Positions 63,601 through 64,000 of a stretch of DNA of 64,000 nt are shown piece by piece (within the stretch, counting starts at the first letter, position 1; the number at the start of each line of letters is the position of its first letter). Source of the stretch: Azolla caroliniana (Eukaryota; Plantae; Polypodiophyta); contig JBHGNT010000004.1 of the NCBI GenBank assembly GCA_043228905.1, positions 11,408,001 to 11,472,000 of the forward strand, read 5' to 3'. The position numbers and the translations under genes were made by a program. The notes below the pieces were generated by a model. That model worked only from the letters and a program-made list of their open reading frames with translations, made no database searches and was not told where the DNA came from.

Positions 63601-64000
63601 AAATGCCCATACCGCGTGCGAAAGGCGGTCTTCCACTCATCTCCCTGTCGGATCCACACGAGGTTATACGCTCCTCGTAGGTCGATTTTAGTAAAAAACT
63701 TGGCACCATTAACTCGCTCTAAAAGACTTGATATAAGAGGAAGTGCATACGTATTCCGGATGGTGACTTTATTCAATCCGCGGTAATCAACGACAAGACG
63801 AAGTGAGCCATCTTTCTTCTTGACAAAGAAGATGGGTGCACCGGCCGGAGATTTCGAATGGCGGATGAACCCGCTTGCCAAGTTCTCCTCTATGTAGGCT
63901 CGAAGGACTTCTAACTCGGTGGGTGACAAGTTGTAAATTGGTCCCCATGGTGGCTCGGTTCCTGATTGTAAATCGATGGGACAGTCATAGGGACGGTGAT
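60648..64000 (-). mobile_element. Gypsy chromovirus (family A relative), 3' part: pol, PPT and 3' LTR 60648-61071
   Basis: The LTR is homologous to 16943-17370. PPT at 61072-61085. The element runs off the window. Confidence 0.95.
61143..63929 (-). pseudogene. pol: pol: RT-RH-INT (801-aa ORF) plus frameshifted chromodomain
   Basis: The RT active site reads YLDA (catalytic Asp lost). DASD, CLDFITDL and YEVAAILDS..WLGY..TWEP. Confidence 0.93.

Overview
This is eukaryotic, gene-free and transposon-saturated DNA. It is most likely bryophyte (moss-like) heterochromatin, inferred from the element lineages. The left 22.6 kb is a four-level nest with recoverable target-site duplications (TSDs). A tRNA-Trp-primed non-chromoviral Ty3/gypsy (family C) holds a chromodomain Ty3/gypsy (family B, 2484-18913). 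Family B holds a copia solo LTR and a second chromovirus (family A, 7349-17370), whose 5' LTR holds a near-intact LINE. Further right are several decayed Ty1/copia families and a complete hAT element (27516-35783) carrying two captured host-gene fragments and a nested copia. There is also a Sola2-like DNA transposase facing a decayed FCP1/SCP(NIF)-phosphatase-like gene, and more chromovirus copies. The main unexplained signals are: (1) three divergent chromovirus LTR families all start with an antisense tRNA-type Pol III A-box/B-box cassette at 44-45 nt spacing; (2) two of these families lack a tRNA PBS and show covarying 11-nt self-priming pairs; (3) a conserved -1 frameshift heptamer plus hairpin at gag/pol; (4) LINE ORF1 and ORF2 are in frame across a single TAG; (5) the Sola2 and NIF-like gene pair share TAGCTA-palindrome introns. 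All family assignments come from motif recognition by eye, not from database searches.
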